From NCBI GenBank assembly GCA_026770705.1, contig JANJGN010000039.1, positions 1,240,001 to 1,304,000 on the forward strand: a DNA stretch of 64,000 nt, read 5' to 3'. Shown one piece after another: positions 63,641 to 64,000 of the stretch. Every line of letters starts with the position of its first letter. Within the stretch, counting starts at the first letter, position 1. A program made the translations under genes and the position numbers. The notes under the pieces were generated by a model, which worked only from the letters and a program-made list of their open reading frames with translations, was not told the DNA's origin and ran no database searches. This stretch comes from Isurus oxyrinchus. Its lineage: Eukaryota.

Positions 63641-64000
63641 AGAGGATTGATTTAAAAAAAGGCATGTTTTCTTTTTACGCAGAGGTATGTGGGTGCCTTG
63701 AACTTACTGCCCGGAAAGGCAACAGAGGAACAAAACCCACAACTCAATTAATGTATGGATGTACACCTCAAGTGCTGTAAACAGCAGGGCTACAGACTGA
63801 GAATTCGAAATTGGGATGAGGCTGGACGTTTCATTTTCAGCCGTTGCAGACGCTGTGTTGTAATGTTCGACAATTCTATGAAAAGGATAATGATGGGCTC
63901 CATAAAATGCAACATATGACGTTCAATTATTACATGTGGATGATCAGAGAGGGAGCACAGCAGTATGAAATATTAAAAAGATGATCAATACAATGGAGGA

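Overview
Repeat-rich eukaryotic DNA, most likely from a cartilaginous fish (inferred from the GPCR family and from Penelope, CR1 and DeuSINE-type repeats). The window is a birth-and-death cluster of GPR139/GPR142-like class A GPCR genes. It holds two intact minus-strand genes with two coding exons each: A = join(13126..13195, 2916..3823), 325 aa; B = join(42998..43067, 33160..34064), 324 aa. Their true first coding exons lie about 9 kb upstream and are missed by the ORF track. There is also an inverted, 5'-deleted third copy (C, 53431..53916, +) and a much older decayed pseudogene of a different subfamily (D, about 26610..27441, -). A, B and C sit in copies of a 16-20 kb segmental-duplication unit, and copy-specific insertions and deletions give the order of duplication. 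Other content: young Penelope-like elements (GIY-YIG end with a minimal hammerhead-like motif; an RT fragment at a rearrangement junction), CR1, L2-group and RTE LINE relics, and a conserved TATA-containing upstream block. Possible decayed LRR-gene and multi-exon relics are reported at low confidence. All alignments were done by eye; boundaries of decayed repeats are approximate.
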